Positions 1 through 11,986 of a stretch of DNA of 64,000 nt are shown one piece after another. The notes below the pieces were generated by a model, which worked only from the letters and a program-made list of their open reading frames with translations, searched no databases and had not been told where the DNA came from. Origin of the DNA: the human T2T-CHM13v2.0 reference genome, Homo sapiens. Within the stretch, counting starts at the first letter, position 1, and the number at the start of each line of letters is the position of its first letter. Position numbers and translations under genes: made by a program. The stretch lies in assembly GCF_009914755.1 (NCBI RefSeq), contig NC_060930.1. One strand, written 5' to 3'.

Positions 1-1720
1 TTTTGTAGTTTTTTTTGTGGAAGTTTGCACCAATTTCTGTTGTTTACCTAAGTATTTAAGGTGTTTTTCATGCAATGATAAAATATTTTATTTTCGAATT
101 GTTTATTTCTAGTGTATGAAAAATAATTTTTGTTTTGTATATTGAACTTGTATTCTGTTTTCTTGATAAATTCACTTCTTAGTACTAGTAGGTTTTGGTT
201 GTATATGCCTTAGTTTTTTTCAGGCATAACATTTTTTCCTATGCAAATCAATAGTTTTACTTGTTTCTTTACAATATGTATGTCATTATTTGTTATTCTT
301 GCCTACAGCATGGCCTAGGATCTCCAGTACTATGTTGAATAGAATAGAGAAGAGCAGACATGTTTGCCTTGTTCCTATTTTTAGGGCAACAATGTTCAGT
401 CTATCATCATTAAGTAAGATTTTAGGTAGTTGTTCCATAGATGCTCTATATAATATCACAGAAAGTCTTTTCTGTTTCTAGTGTGTCAAGTTTTTATTTT
501 TTGTATGAATGGATATTGATTGAATTTTGTGATGTGATTTTTCTGTATTTATTAAGATGTTCATGTCATTTTCTTCTTCATTCTTTCAAACTGAATTAAT
601 ACATTGAATACTTTTCAAATGTTAAACTAACCTTTCATTTTTAGGGTAAGCCCTACCTCATAATAATACATTTTTTAATGTATTGCTGGATTTAATTTGG
701 TAATGTTTTGTTAAGGATGTTTACATCTATGTTCATGCGTATCTCTCTCTCTTTTCCCCTGCATCTCTCATATTGTGTTAATGAAGCCTATGGTTTTCTT
801 GTGTTTTTGTCCAGTCTTGACATCAAGGTAATATTGTCACAAAATTATTTGGAAATGTTCTCTTCTCTATATTACAAAAGAGTTTTTAGTGGCTTGCTAT
901 TATTTCTTTACTGTTTAATAGAATTTGCTAGTAAAGCAAACTGGCTCTGTAGTTTTCTTTGCTAGAAGGCTTTTAATTACAAGTTGAATTTATTTAAAGA
1001 TATATGAATATTTTGTATTCCTGTGTTTCAGTTCTTTGTATCTTCCAAAGAATTTGTCCATTTTCTCTAAACTGTTGAATTTGTTGACGTAGTTATTGAT
1101 AATATTGCCTTAATACCATTTAATATTAGTAGGAGTAGAATGAGTTCCTGTTTATTGTTCTAATATTGGTCATTTCTGTGTTCTTTGTTCTCTTTTTTAT
1201 TGCTAGGTCTAGATAGAAATATGTCAATTATATTGATCTTTTCCAAAAATCAGTTTTGATTTTTGATTATTATTCTCATTTTTTAATATCATTGATTTTG
1301 TTCTCTTTATTTCTACCTGCTTTGCATTTAATGTGATTTTAATTTTCAACCTTCATTAAAAAGCTTCAGTCATTGATGTTAGACCTTTGTAATTTTCCAT
1401 TATAAGCATTTAATGATGTAATACTTTCATAAGTACATCTTTAGCTCAAGTCAGCAAAATCTAGTAAATTTAGTCTTCATTATCATTCAGTTCAAGATAT
1501 TTTCTAATTTACTGTGTGATTTATTTTTTGATCCATTGATTATTTATAACTGTATTGTTTAATTTCCAAATGTTTAGAGATTTTTTAGTTCTTTTTCTGT
1601 AATTGATTTCTAATCTAATTACCTGGTGATCAGAGAATGTCCTTTTATAATTTTAATCCTTTCAGTGCTATTGAGATTTGTTTCATGTCATCTATTCCAC
1701 CTTGGAGACTGTTCTATGTC
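1..1720 (-). mobile_element. Ancient L1M (ME/MC-type) ORF2 fragment
   Basis: The reverse complement of ~310-360 encodes ..LFNIVLEIL.., the L1 RT motif [13 protein letters not shown]; T-rich antisense L1 texture throughout. Confidence 0.8.
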
Positions 1721-1740
1721 CGCCCCCCACCCCAACCGGC

Positions 1741-2027
1741 TTTTTTTTTTCTGTTTGAGATGGAGTCTCGCTCTTTTGCCCAGGCTGCTGGAGTTCAGTG
1801 GCACAATTTCAGCTCACTGTAACCTCCGCCTCCCAGGTTCAAGCAATTCCTGCCTCGGTCTTCGAAGTAGCTGGGATTACAGGCATGCGCCACCGTGCCT
1901 GGCTAAATTTTGTCTTTTTAGTACAGACGGGGTTTCTCCTTATTGGCCAGGCTGATCTCAAACTCCTGACCTTGGGTGATCTGCCCGCCTTGGCCTCCCA
2001 AAGTGCTAGGATTACAGGAATAAGCCA
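1741..2027 (-). mobile_element. AluS (Sx/Sz-like)
   Basis: Poly-T followed by gagatggagtctcgctc...ctcccaaagtgctaggattacagg; dimeric Alu. Confidence 0.95.
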
Positions 2028-2491
2028 ATCTGTATTCTTTACAGGAGATTAGGCAAAGGAATTTTGGGAAAGAAATATTAATCTAAGATTCCTCATGATT
2101 TACTGAATATAGAAGTAGCATTTCCAAGTTGATTTATTTAATCTTCTCAGAAATACTTATTTATGTACAGATGAAGTTATACTGGTGTTAAACTATACGC
2201 ATAATGGGTACTTCCTTTGTAGTGTCCAGAAATATCAAGGAGAAATTGTTGATAATTTATTTTTACCTGCAAACAAAAACAGACTTAAATTTGTATAAAA
2301 TAATTTTAGAAAAATTTTTTATAAGCTCTAGCAATTCAATTCAGGTTGTATAAAAGATAGTAATAGCAACATGAGGGATGTTTCTAGAAAAGTAAAATAG
2401 TTGTAAGTATAATACAAGTAATTATACAAACTAAATTTCATCTGTTAATATTATAGCAGGGAGCAACCAGTTCTTGTTTTGAAAGTAAATA

Positions 2492-2571
2492 GTAGGTTAG
2501 TGCAAAAGTAATTGCTGTCTTTGTCACTGAAAGTAATGGGAGAAACCGCAATTACTTTTGCACCAATCTAA
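2492..2571. mobile_element. MADE1 (Hsmar1-derived 80-bp MITE)
   Basis: Palindromic taggttagtgcaaaagtaattgc...gcaattacttttgcaccaatcta, 80 bp, TA dinucleotide on each side. Confidence 0.93.
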
Positions 2572-2734
2572 TAATTGTAACAGTATTCTTAATGGCAACA
2601 AAAAGTAATTCTAAGATCATTGAAATAATTGGCATAAGGTGTACTTTTCCAATGAAAATAGGTGCCTTATTAAAAACATCATTACTTACCTTTTAAAATA
2701 TTTTCACAAACAAAGCCAAGCAATAGTTCTTCTT

Positions 2735-4024
2735 TGCTTAAGATGTAGAAACCCAAAACAATATGTGATTTTACTCTAACAATGACAGCCATATAATCTA
2801 CAACATTTTAAATTCCCTTAGAAAACTGAGCTTATAATGCAACCAAGTAAGCTATATACTCAAAATTCAAATGCCTCAGGAGGAATAAAACATTGTTTGT
2901 TTTGCAGTTGGCAGAGTGCAAGGGGAAGAAGTGGTCATCATAAAAGTAAATAAAAAGAATACAGCTGATATTTTAACAAACTCTCAAAGGCTGAATGTAG
3001 GCCAGCTTGACAGTTTAAAATAACTGGGAGCTCCAGGTCAAAGGGAGTCCACATTTACTTACAAGTACTTTTCCATGAGTCCCAGCAGGTTCTCACAAGA
3101 AAGGTCAAAGACAATTTATTACCCTTAAGAAAAGGCCCCTCAAGTGAGTGGTATAGAAACAAACTAACCTTCCTCTAGAACCCCGGGTAAATACCCACTA
3201 GTTCTGGAAAGAAATAGAAGCAAAAATGGTCTGCATCTGTGGGGAGGGACAGAAAATGCTCTTACACTCAAGATTCTAAACCAAGCAGAAACTAAGCAGA
3301 AATCTCCCTCCACTGAGAGAAGGGCAGAAAACTCATTCACAGAAGAACAACCACAGATGCAAGGTAAAGTTGGGAAGTGCAGGGATACTGACAAAGCTCC
3401 ATTATCGAGGCCCGGGCTCATATGTCCTTTCTGTGACCAACGCTGGACAAACATAGCTGAGAATCCCCCAACTTCCAAAAACAATTCTAGCAGTGAGTAA
3501 CAAGAAATAGCAGTTATTTTTTAGAGGGGAAAGAAGAGCATGGAGAGGGCATCACTATGGGGTCCAGCAGTGCAAAGATGACTGAAAGCTTAGAGTGACA
3601 CACAAATAGTGAAAAAAAGAAAAAACAATCAAACACTGCAGTCTTTACCCTAGGCACAAGAAATAGCAATTCACTTCTAGAAAGATGGGATGCTTGTGTT
3701 GCACTGGAGCTAATGACAGAAACACAAAACTATAAACTAACTCAACCCCTGGATAGAGTGAGTGAACCTCCCAAAGAAGATGCATACATATACATAAATA
3801 TGATTTAACTCAGTTTCTACTGTCCTATACACAATGAACTACATTCATTAAAAAATTGACAGACACAAAAAGGATGAAAAATTAACACATTTTCAAGAGA
3901 TAAATAATAAACAGAACTAGACACAGAGATGGCATTAAAATAGCTATAAGTAATGTATTAAGTAATCTAAGAGACAAGATGAACAGAATTCACAAACAGA
4001 AAGGATGTTTGAGCAGAGACATGG
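2735..4024 (+). mobile_element. Ancient L1ME-type 5' end / ORF1 start fragment
   Basis: 3850-4024 (aacagaactagacacagagatgg...aaatagctataagtaatgtattaag...agcagagacatgg) resembles the old L1M ORF1 5' region; the left boundary is approximate. Confidence 0.5.
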
Positions 4025-4649
4025 TGATATGGTTTGGCTACGTGTCCACCATCAGTCATAGCAAGAAGTCCTAAGGTAATATCAAAATCTGATCAATTGA
4101 GAAATAGCATTCAAAATAATTCTTATGTATATTGAATAACCACTGGAGGAAATAGTTAAATAATTAAAATTTAGTTGTGTTAAAGTATAATTTTCAAAAA
4201 GGTAAAATTATGACTCTCAAACAAACATAAAATAAGGATGTGTCAAATATCTTATTCAATTCATTAATTAAAAAGGGAACCAGTAAGGTACAGTACAAAG
4301 GGCATTTGAATTGCTAAACAGTGTTAGGAAATTTATGAAAGAAATGTTAGGATCTGATTGCTGGATCAGATATAAAACTGGGTAATGTCCCACAGGACAA
4401 TAAACTGTATCTATTATGTTTTCCACTGGATCAAAATTGGTTGCATTCTCTATCAGAAAAAAATCTACTAGTTAATATGTAACCTCACTAAGTTTAGCTT
4501 TTATCCTTGGCCTAAAATGTTGCTTTTGGTGAATTGGTCTACAAATAGAACAGAACGTTTAAAAAATGTTGTTTAGCCATGTATGATTACTACTTAGGTA
4601 AAAAGAAAACAGAAAATAAATTAAAATATTTGTCTATTAAGGTAAGGTC

Positions 4650-4900
4650 AGCCAACATTTATTTGAAGTTTGATATGTGCTGAGCACCTTGAAAATATTT
4701 AACATAAATTACATTGTTTAATTTTGCCACATCCCCTGAATCACATAGATGGTCTTTAAAAATTTGCTACATCCTGTGAGATATATAATATTAATTTGTG
4801 CATCATACATATGAGGACAGAAGTTCTAGGTAAGTTAAGAAACTCGGCCAAAGTTACATATATACTGAATGGCAATTGCTTGTGTGTGATTTTGACTATG
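4650..4900 (-). mobile_element. MIR
   Basis: aacatttatt..tatgtgctgagcac..atgaggacaga..gttaagaaactcggccaaagttaca matches the antisense MIR core. Confidence 0.65.
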
Positions 4901-5043
4901 TACTAATCATACCAGAGAATGAGGAGAAGCTGGCTGTTTCAACATTAGAATAGAGCACATTAGGATGTGGAGATTATTCTGGGATTTGAATAATTCATTA
5001 GGAAAATAAAACCCATTTCTGATTTGATGCTATTTGTGTTTAG

Positions 5044-5335
5044 GAGTTTCGAGAACAAGTACGGAAGCAGACAACATTTAAATGTTTCCCTACTAAGAAC
5101 AGCAGAGACCTATCGTTTGAATAGCCTTAGCTTTTCTCATGCACAATTTTAGCCTTGTCAGCTCATTTAAGCAGATTAGGTTTTTGAATGTTAATAATAC
5201 ATAATTTTTGCCATCTTCAATGAATGCCTTTTTTTATTTAACTACAGTTTTCTCCACATGACTAATCAGTGTACCAAACTATTTTACTGTTCAGATTTCC
5301 TTTTTCAATTAAAATTTACATGATTATCTTTTGAA
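5044..5335 (+). other. Candidate terminal exon A of an unidentified + strand gene
   Basis: Acceptor tgctatttgtgtttag|GAG at 5043/5044, retained CpGs, short ORF to a stop in every phase, ATTAAA 5308-5313 followed by a T/GT-rich tract. Confidence 0.4.
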
Positions 5336-5536
5336 TATGAAATATCTACTTGTTGCCAAATAGTTTTGTTTTGTTTTTACTATAATAGCTAGTGTCTTAA
5401 TATAGGTGTGCTTGAGAATTTCTCATTTATTTATTTCACGACAGATTTTTTTTTTAGTTTTGCTACTTAAAACACTATGCTAATGATTAAGCCTCTGCTA
5501 TTTCAATGTTTTTGTGCTTCTTCAAAATTCATTGTT

Positions 5537-5540
<4 letters not shown>

Positions 5541-5568
<28 letters not shown>
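5541..5568. repeat. (TA)14 microsatellite
   Basis: Read directly. Confidence 0.98.
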
Positions 5569-5571
<3 letters not shown>

Positions 5572-5672
5572 TAATTAATGGTTATTGCCTAAAGAACCTA
5601 ATTCCTACCACTGCTGCATGTGGAAAAGGAAACATTGAAAGAATAGTGCTACCAGAGGGATATGATAGGGCA

Positions 5673-5673
<1 letters not shown>

Positions 5674-5705
<32 letters not shown>

Positions 5706-5713
5706 TGTGTGTG
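5674..5713. repeat. (TG)~20 microsatellite
   Basis: Read directly; one interruption. Confidence 0.98.
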
Positions 5714-6169
5714 AAGATTCCCATAACCTACTAGCTTTAGCTGAAACCCACCTCACACCTTCCCACCCCAGAGGACTTGCTTTCCAGTTGGTTTGTTGAG
5801 AAGCTTATTTTTTTCTCACATCACACAGACCATACTTGTGAGTGATGTCCTCCTTGCTTCCCTTCAGGGCTCCAGTCCCTAACTTTGTCACTGTCCACCT
5901 ACACCTTTGGGGCTAGAACATTCTCTTTCTCTTCTTGTTGATGTCACCTTCTCTTCTGCTATCATTCTTCTACACCCAGTGGAGACTTTAGATTCCGGAC
6001 CTTCATCTCCTCTCAGATGCTTTTCATCCTTCACTGCCATGTTAGGGGAGAAAATATCTAACATCCCAATTTGTTCATTTCTTAAAGTTTTCATTTTTAG
6101 TAATCATTTTCCCCATACTCTTTACCACCTACCCTGATGGTCATATGCTAGATTTTGCTTTCAATGTCT

Positions 6170-7620
6170 TATGTCTTTTTTGTTTTTCAGTTTCTCTATT
6201 AGTGCCTTATTTTATATTAAATATATATTTTCTTTAATTTCTTTGTCACTTCTTTCACTGAATTTTTTGAGTTATTTTCTTAGTGGTTCCTCTGGAGATT
6301 AAAATATTCATCTTAATTTATAGCAATTTAGTTCAAATGCATACCAATTAATTTTAATAATATAAAAAATTTGCTCATATACATATAGCATGCATCCCAT
6401 CTTTATATTGTTATTGCCATAAATTACATCTTAATAGATTGTATGCCCATCAACTTAGATTTATAATTGTCATTTTTATGTAGTTCTCCTCTATATCAGA
6501 TAGAAAAAAGAGAGTTAATGATAAAATACAGTTGGCCCTCATATCCATAGATTCTGTACTTGTGGATTTAACCAACTGCAGATCAAAAATATTCAGAAAA
6601 AATATCCAAAGAGTAAAGTTGCAAAGAGCAAAATTTGAATTTGCTGTGTACCAAGTACTATGTTAAATCCTCACAAATAAAGGGATGTGTAGGCTTCTCT
6701 TGGGTATTATAAGTAATCTAGAGATGATTTAAAGTGTACGGGAGGATGTGTATAGGTTATATGGAAATACTGCACCATTTTACGTAATGGACTTGAGCAT
6801 CTGTAGATTTTGGGATCCGCAAAGATTCCTGGAACCAATCCCCCATGGATACTGAGTAATGACTGTATACATTTATACTGTTCATTATATTTTCCTATGT
6901 AGTTACATGTCTCAGTGTTTTTTTCATGGCTTGAGGGTGAAATAAAAGAACACTAGACAATAAGTAAGCTCTACATGAGTTATTGTCTAGTGTTCTTTAC
7001 TTCAGGTTAAGGACTCCCTTTAGCATTTCTTATAGGACAGATATGCTAGTGATGAATTCTCTGATATCATTTATCTGGGAATGTCTTAATTTTTCTTTCA
7101 TTTTTGGAGGATACTTCTGCTGGATATAGAATTCTTGTTAGAAACTCTTTTTTTGTTTTTCTTTTAGCACTTTAAACAAGTATGTAACCCAATGCCTTCT
7201 GGCTTCCATGATTTCTGAAAAAATAAACTGTTAATCTTACTGAAGATCCCTTGTATGCGATGAGTCAGTGCTTTCTTGCTTTCGAGATTCTCTCTTTGTC
7301 TTGGGTTTCTAACAGTTTGATTAAAATGTGCTTGGTGTGGATCTCTTTGAGTTTATCCTGTTTGGAATTTGCTAAGCTTTTTGAATGTGTAGCAAAATGT
7401 TTTAAATCATGTCTGGGAAGTTTTCAGTCATTATTTTTTCAAATGTTCTTTCAGCCTGTTTCACCCTGTCCTCTTCTATTATTCCCATGATGTGTTTCTA
7501 TGTGTTACCTATTATTATTATTTTTTCTTCCTCAGACGAGGTAATCTCAATGAACTTATCTTAAAGTTTGTTGATTCTTTCTTCTATCTGTTCAAATCTC
7601 CTTTTAAGCTGCCTAGTAAA
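6170..7620 (-). mobile_element. Ancient L1M ORF1-region fragment, interrupted by MER2B
   Basis: ggactccctttagcatttctt..tctgggaatgtcttaattt..gctggatatagaattct..ggatctctttgagtttatcctg are antisense L1M ORF1 motifs. Confidence 0.75.
6529..6865 (-). mobile_element. MER2/MER2B (TcMar-Tigger MITE)
   Basis: Termini cagttggccctc...gagtaatgactg with TA on both sides; diagnostic ggtattataagtaatctagagatgatttaaagt. Confidence 0.9.
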
Positions 7621-7804
7621 TTTAGTAAATGTTTTACAAGAAATAATTATTTTTAATACAACAAAGAAATGAACTTTCTCAAGAATATTTTGATAAATTC
7701 TTGTCATTTTGAAAAATGTTAAACGTGGTTTTGTCATTTCATTAATGTAGACTTTATAAATAGATTCATAAATGTATTATTCTTGAATATTTTCAATCAC
7801 TATT

Positions 7805-8179
7805 TGATATGGTTTGGCTGTGGCCCCACCCAAATCTCATCGTGAATTGTAGTGCCCATAATCCCCAGGTGTCATGGGCGGGACCCAGTGGGAGGTAATT
7901 AAATCACAGAGGTGGGTTTTCCTGTGCTGTTCTGGTGATAATGAATAAATTTCATGAGATCTGATAGTTTTATAAGGGACTTTTCCCCCTTTTGCTCGGC
8001 CCTTCTCCTTGCTACCACCCTGAGAAGAAGGCTGTGTTTGCTTCCCCTTCCACCATGATTGTAAGTTTCCTGAGGCTTCCCTAGGCCTGTGGAGCTGTGA
8101 GTCAGTTAAACCTCTTTATTTTATAAATTACCCAGTCTTGAGTATGCCTTTATTAGCAGAATGTGAATGGACCAATACA
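7805..8179 (+). mobile_element. THE1 5' LTR (THE1C-like)
   Basis: tgatatggtttggct...aataca; gaagaaggctgtgtttgcttcccc and gattgtaagtttcctgagg are THE1C-type. Confidence 0.9.
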
Positions 8180-9700
8180 GTAAATTTGTACCACAGAGAG
8201 TGGGGCACTGCTGTAAAGATACCCAAAAATGTGGAAGCAACTTTAGAACTGTGTAATAGGCAGAGGCTGAAACAGTTTGGAGGGCACAAAAGAAGACAGG
8301 AAAATGTGTGAAAGTTTGGAACGTCCTAGAGAATTGTTGAATGTCCTTGACCCAAATGCTGATAGTGATATGGACAATAAAATCCAGGCTGAGGTGGCCT
8401 CAAATGGAGATGAGGTACTTGTTAGAAACTGGATTAAAGGTCACTCTTGCTATGCAAAAAGACTGGTGGCATTTTGTGCTCGTCCTAGAGATCTGTGGAA
8501 CTTTGAACTTGAGATAAATGATTTAGGGTATCTGGCAGTGGAAATTTCTAAGTGGCAAAGCGTTCAAGAGAAAGCAGAGCATAAAAGTTTGGAAAATTTG
8601 CAGCCTAACAATGCAATAAAAAGAAAAACCAATTTTCTGGGGAGAAAATCAAGTGACTGCAGAAATTTGCATAAGTAACAAGGAGCTGAATGTGAATAAC
8701 CAAGACAATGGAGAAAATATCTCCAGGATATGTCAGAACCTTTGTGGCAGCCCCTCTCTGTCATAGGCCTGGAAGCTTAGGTTTTGTAGGCCTGGCCCAG
8801 GGCCCCCACTGATGTGTGCAGCTTTGGGATTGGTCCCCTGCATCCCAGCTGCTTCAGTCATGACTAAAAGGGGCAAAGGTACAGCTCAGGCTGTGGCTTT
8901 GGAGGGTTCAAGCCCCAAGTCTTGGCAACTTTCATGTGGCGTTGAGCCTGTGGGTGTACAAAAGTCATGAATTGAGGTTTGGGATCATCCATATAGCTTT
9001 CAGAAGATGTATGGAAATGCCTGGATGTCCAGGCAGAGGTGTGCTGCATGGATGAAGCCCTCATGTAGAACCTTTGCTAGGGCAGTGTGGAAGGAAAATA
9101 TAGGGTGGGAGCCCCCATACAGAGTCCCCAATGGGGCTCTGCCTAGTGGAGCTGTGAGAAGAGGGCCACTTTCCTCCAGACACCAGAATGGTAGATCCAC
9201 TGACAGCTTGCATCATACACCTGGAAAAACTGCAGACACTCAAACCAGCCCATGAAAGAAACTGGGAGGGGCCTGTACCCTGCAAAGCCACGGGGTGGAG
9301 CTGCTCAAGGCTATGAGAGCCCACCTGTTTCATCAATGAGACTTGGATGTGTCACACATGAAGTCAAAGGAGACCATTTTAGAGCTTCTAGATTTGGCTG
9401 TCTTGCTGGATTTCGGACTTGCATGGGGCCTGTAGTCCTTTTGTTTTGGCCAATTTCTTCTATTTGGAACAGGTGTAATTACCCAATGCCTGTACCCCTA
9501 TTTTAACTTGGAAGTAACTAATTGCCTTTTGATTTTACAGGCTCACAGGTGGAAGGTATTTGCCTTGTATCAGATGAGACTTTGGACTGTGGACTTTTGA
9601 GTTAATGCTGAAATGAGTTAAGACTTTGAGGAACGGTTGGGAGGGCATGACAGGTTTTGAAATGTGAGGACATGAGATTTGGGAGGGCCCAGGGGTGGAA
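8180..9700 (+). mobile_element. THE1 internal region (ERVL-MaLR)
   Basis: Begins gtaaatttgtaccacagagagtgggg, ends in the polypurine tract gggagggcccaggggtggaa; ORF 8277-8678 is a MaLR ORF remnant. Confidence 0.92.
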
Positions 9701-10065
9701 TGATGTGGTTTGGCTCTGTCCCCACCCAAATCTCATCTTGAATTGTAGCTCCCCTAATCCCCATATGTCATGGAAGGGACCAGGTGGGAGGTAACTGAAT
9801 CATAGGGTTGGGTTTTTCCATTGCTGTTCTTGTGATGGTGAATAAGTCTCATGATATCTGATAGTTTTTATAAATGGCAGTTCCCCTGCAAATGCTCTCT
9901 TGCCTGACACCATGTAAGACGTGCCTTTGCTCCTCCTTTGCCTTCTGCCATGATTGTGAGGCCTCCTCAGCCATGTAGAACTGTGAGTTCATTAAACTTC
10001 TTTTTCTTTATTAATTACCCAGTCTTGGGTATTTTTTCATAGTAGTATAAAAATGAACTAATACA
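9701..10065 (+). mobile_element. THE1 3' LTR (THE1B-like)
   Basis: tgatgtggtttggct...ctaataca; cagttcccctgca..catgtaagacgtgcc and gattgtgaggcc; flanking 5-mers CTATT/CTAGT resemble a TSD. Confidence 0.9.
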
Positions 10066-10479
10066 CTAGTATTTTAAAAACTATAACCAGGTTATTTTAA
10101 ATGGGAACTTTTTAGTTATGTTATTTTCTTTCAAATCTCTTTTAAAGTCATTTTTTTTGGTTTCATGAATTTCCAAATTTGGGGGATTCTCTGAACATCT
10201 TTTAGGTTAATCAATTTGCCAAATTTATAAATTACTGTTTTATAAGATCACTTTTTTACCATTTAAAAAATTTTATAGGTGTTTATAGTAGATAGAATGA
10301 TTTTAACAACTTTTTATAATATATCTATAAAGTTTTAATCAGTAAGTTTTTATTATGTATTGAAACATATTTTACGTATTGTCTTATTTTACCCTGTGCA
10401 TGGTCTAAGCTCCCTCTGCTTCTGAAGCTATAGAAATATGCAGTGTCATGGGGATCCTCTGATACAATAAGTATGATAA

Positions 10480-10690
10480 CGGAGATAAAACTAAAGGGAT
10501 ACAGATAATAGGATTATGTTATAGGGCTGTCAGAGAACTATAGTCTGAAGAGATACACATTAGTGGAAACATAGAAGATGAGGAAGAGGCAACTATGCAA
10601 AGAGTTTGGAAAACTACCTTATAGAAAGAAAGAACAGCATGTTGTGTCTTTGAAGACCCTATAGCAGAAAAGATCTTGGGTTAATTTGTT
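10480..10690 (-). mobile_element. L2 fragment
   Basis: gaagatgaggaagaggcaactatgcaaagag...agaacagcatg is an antisense L2 3' region motif. Confidence 0.5.
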
Positions 10691-10781
10691 AGCTGGGAGG
10701 ACTAGTGATTGTTATGTAACACTTTGCATATGCAATTACTAGATGCATACAATTGCACGCCACTGTTAATATGTGCATTTA

Positions 10782-11405
10782 TAGTCAATCCTAATTATTT
10801 ATGGATTCTGTATTTGCAAATTTGCCTGCTTGCTAAAATTTGTTATGTCACTTAATACTCCTGGCATTTTGTGGTCATTCTCAGATATGTACAGAGTAGT
10901 AAAAATAGGGTCATCTGGCATGCATGTTACTAGCTAAGCTCTAACAGGGTGACCCTCTGCCTTCTTGTTTCAGTTCTCATTAGGTTTTAAAAAAGTATCT
11001 TTTTTGTGGTCTCTTTAGTACCAAATTTTTTTTCCATGTTTGTGCTTTTTGTTGGGAGATTTTGCTCCTAATAATGGTCCCCAAGTATACTGCTGAAGTG
11101 CTGTCTAATGTTTCTAAGGGCAAGAAGGCTGTGATGTACCTTATGGAGAAAATATGTGTGTTAAATACTTTCATTTAGATGGGAGTTATAGTGCTATTGG
11201 CTGTGAGTTCAATGTTACTGAATCAACAATATGTATTAAAGTGTCTTTAAACAAAAACAAATAAAATATAACTTGTTGATGATAATGTGATCAAAGACTG
11301 AATCTAACCCTTTTTCCCCCTAGCAACAATAAATCAGTATTTGCTAAGCCAGTGTTCTCAACAATTTTATAGAAGATAACTACCACAAATAATGAGACTT
11401 GATTA
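10782..11405 (+). mobile_element. MER82 (TcMar-Tigger)
   Basis: ctctgccttcttgtttcag; tgctgaagtgctgtcta; gcaagaaggctgtgatgt; tgagttcaatgtta; TA flanks. Confidence 0.88.
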
Positions 11406-11986
11406 TATAATGCGGTGCTGATGCTTACATGACTATTTCTCAGGTTTATAGACTGCATTTGTCTATATGTTCCCAGCTTTTACCTTTGTATTGGCCCTTG
11501 AAGCAGTGTTTGATAAATGTTTATTGTGGTACATAAAATAATGAACTATCACTGCACATTATATTCAGCCATTTGTACTGCATTTGCTTTGCATACTGCC
11601 AATTTAAGCCAGGATTTATTCTAGAACAACACTTTAGCAAACCTACAACACAAAAACTGACAACCTTATTATTCTGATTGAAAAATAATATTACTTATGA
11701 ATTTTTAAAACGAAGACTGTAAGTTTCATATGTCTGCTGCATAATTCAACATGATTTTTTATGAAGCCATTTCTCCAAGGAAATTAGTAGATTTGAAAAT
11801 TTAAACACACTGGATGCATGTTGAGATGCGTTAAGTCTAAGTGAAATTTCTGAAACTGATAGTTAAGGACTAAATTATAATTCTGATGTCTGTTAGCACA
11901 ATACTTTCCCTCAAATTATTATCAGTTACTCAGAAGATGACATATACCTTGAAATATTTCACTGAACTATAAGAGAAAGGATTTCC

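Noticed and set aside
1626-2052. Alu-derived ORFs (also 11930, 30690, 33734, 49861, 50375)
   Set aside because: Typical Alu translations with no coding evidence.
4051-4440. Possible ERV1 internal fragment
   Set aside because: Only a vague resemblance; I cannot support a family call without a search.
8277-9729. ORFs of 64-133 aa
   Set aside because: Decayed THE1 internal sequence, not a host gene.
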